From Thraustochytrium aureum (Eukaryota): 20,000 nucleotides of DNA. Numbering within the stretch: position 1 is the stretch's first letter; each line of letters starts with the position of its first letter. The notes under the pieces are model-generated. The model was given only the letters and a program-made list of their open reading frames with translations, did no database searches and was not told the DNA's origin. Shown here in pieces: positions 18,120-20,000 of this stretch. Location of the stretch: assembly GCA_012862495.1 (NCBI GenBank), contig BLSG01000058.1, forward strand, positions 204,700 to 224,699, in the 5' to 3' direction. Made by a program: the position numbers and the translations under genes.

Positions 18120-19565
18120 CGCGTGACTGCGAGCGATGCCGNNNNNNNNNNNNNNNNNNNNNNNNNNNNNNNNNNNNNNNNNNNNNNNNNNNNNNNNNNN
18201 NNNNNNNNNNNNNNNNNNNNNNNNNNNNNNNNNNNNNNNNNNNNNNNNNNNNNNNNNNNNNNNNNNNNNNNNNNNNNNNNNNNNNNNNNNNNNNNNNNNN
18301 NNNNNNNNNNNNNNNNNNNNNNNNNNNNNNNNNNNNNNNNNNNNNNNNNNNNNNNNNNNNNNNNNNNNNNNNNNNNNNNNNNNNNNNNNNNNNNNNNNNN
18401 NNNNNNNNNNNNNNNNNNNNNNNNNNNNNNNNNNNNNNNNNNNNNNNNNNNNNNNNNNNNNNNNNNNNNNNNNNNNNNNNNNNNNNNNNNNNNNNNNNNN
18501 NNNNNNNNNNNNNNNNNNNNNNNNNNNNNNNNNNNNNNNNNNNNNNNNNNNNNNNNNNNNNNNNNNNNNNNNNNNNNNNNNNNNNNNNNNNNNNNNNNNN
18601 NNNNNNNNNNNNNNNNNNNNNNNNNNNNNNNNNNNNNNNNNNNNNNNNNNNNNNNNNNNNNNNNNNNNNNNNNNNNNNNNNNNNNNNNNNNNNNNNNNNN
18701 NNNNNNNNNNNNNNNNNNNNNNNNNNNNNNNNNNNNNNNNNNNNNNNNNNNNNNNNNNNNNNNNNNNNNNNNNNNNNNNNNNNNNNNNNNNNNNNNNNNN
18801 NNNNNNNNNNNNNNNNNNNNNNNNNNNNNNNNNNNNNNNNNNNNNNNNNNNNNNNNNNNNTCCTTGGGCAGCCAATGACGGGACATCTCTGCTCGCGACG
18901 CAGGCCGCGTGCTGAAGGGCCCCCAGACCAGCCCATAAGAACCAGTCCCTGGCACCCAAAAGTCTGAAGATGACAGCAACGCTCATGTGGTGTCCGCCTG
19001 ATCAGGAGGCGTCATGGCGAACACCCTGCCATCCCTGAAGCAGCTGCTCCGGCAGCGGACTCTACTTAGGCCTACTTAGTACTCTGTACCTGTAGACCAC
19101 CAACGTTGCTCGCGCGAGTAAGGCGGGTCGCGCCGCGGGGCTCCGCGAAGCTGAAAAGAACAACAAACATACTCCTCTACATGCAACAACACGTAGAGCT
19201 CTTGGGCAAGCCCTTCCAGCCTCTCGTGATTCAAGCCACTGGTGGCTGGAGCTCGATCGACAGCGGCTCGTGCCTTCACATGCGCGAGGAAGTTGCTTGG
19301 GCCAACGAAGTACTTTGATCCGCAGGGAATCACCAGCAAGTTTGTCACGGCCGGCTCGTGTCAACACCGCAAGACTGTGAGCCGTCTGGATACTTACTCG
19401 GCCACGTGCGTTTGAGCAACAACGAGAACTCGTTGCTTGGGCATCACATGCTGCTACATCTACGAGAAGCGGTGAGGGCGACTACTGGCGAGGAGGCCTT
19501 TCTTGGCCTTGAGTTTGTAAAACTTGAAAAAATATCGTTTGGTTGTCTACACTACCTCAATTCCA

Positions 19566-20000
19566 TCAGCAAGTTCCTGCGCTTGAGAAGACGAGAACTG
19601 TGTAGACCCAGTTGCTGTTGCCGTTGAAGGCTGTCGAAGCGTGGACGTTCGCTATGCGCAACGAAATGCCACCAGTTGTCGCCCATGCAGAAAAGATGAT
19701 GTCGGTGATCACTGCAGTGGCGTCAGTATCTGGTGCAACAAGAACAATGTCGCCTTCAGAAACCCCCACGACAGCGGCTGAATAAACCGTCTCAGCAGCG
19801 GCAGCGATGGTGACCGTCGAAGCATCAACGGCTATCGTGCCCTTTATGATCTTCTGCAGGGTAGCACAAGCTTCCCTCCAACCTGGAGGCCGGCCGAGGT
19901 GAAGCGAGCGACCTCAACTCCACCCGGAGAAACGATCACGTTTCCGGAAGCTGTGCCAGACCCTGATGCGAACGTAATGTCACCACCAGCTACATTCGTC
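19566..20000 (-). CDS. C-terminus of a Gly/Thr/Val-rich fibre-like beta-protein, partial, with a frame break near 19850-19880
   Basis: From the edge: TNVAGGDITFASGSGTASGNVIVSPGGVEVARFTSAGLQVGG. Then in the -1 frame: ATLQKIIKGTIAVDASTVTIAAAAETVYSAAVVGVSEGDIVLVAP...ISLRIANVHASTAFNGNSNWVYTVLVFSSAGTC*. Confidence 0.65.

Noticed and set aside
18861..19560. Short ORFs on both strands, possibly a decayed gene
   Set aside because: No consistent frame or identifiable domain.

Overview
A GC-rich, gene-dense eukaryotic (protist) scaffold with few, short GT-AG introns and five N-gaps (1864-2437, 5783-5975, 6854-7765, 15536-15812, 18142-18860). A stramenopile, possibly a labyrinthulomycete, is my inference and is unverified. 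Recognisable genes are Ku80 (minus), a GT92-family glycosyltransferase (minus), a Raw-like nucleoside-deoxyribosyltransferase-fold protein (plus) and mitochondrial leucyl-tRNA synthetase (plus). There is also a polyQ protein, hypothetical proteins and a fibre-like beta-protein at the right edge. The most interesting locus is 8721-11539 (minus). It has a Cys/His-containing basic domain that looks like a DNA-binding domain, joined across one frame break to a C-terminal FABP/calycin-like beta-barrel, which makes it a candidate lipid-sensing transcription factor. About five -1 frame breaks near short G/C runs interrupt otherwise intact genes and are most likely consensus errors.
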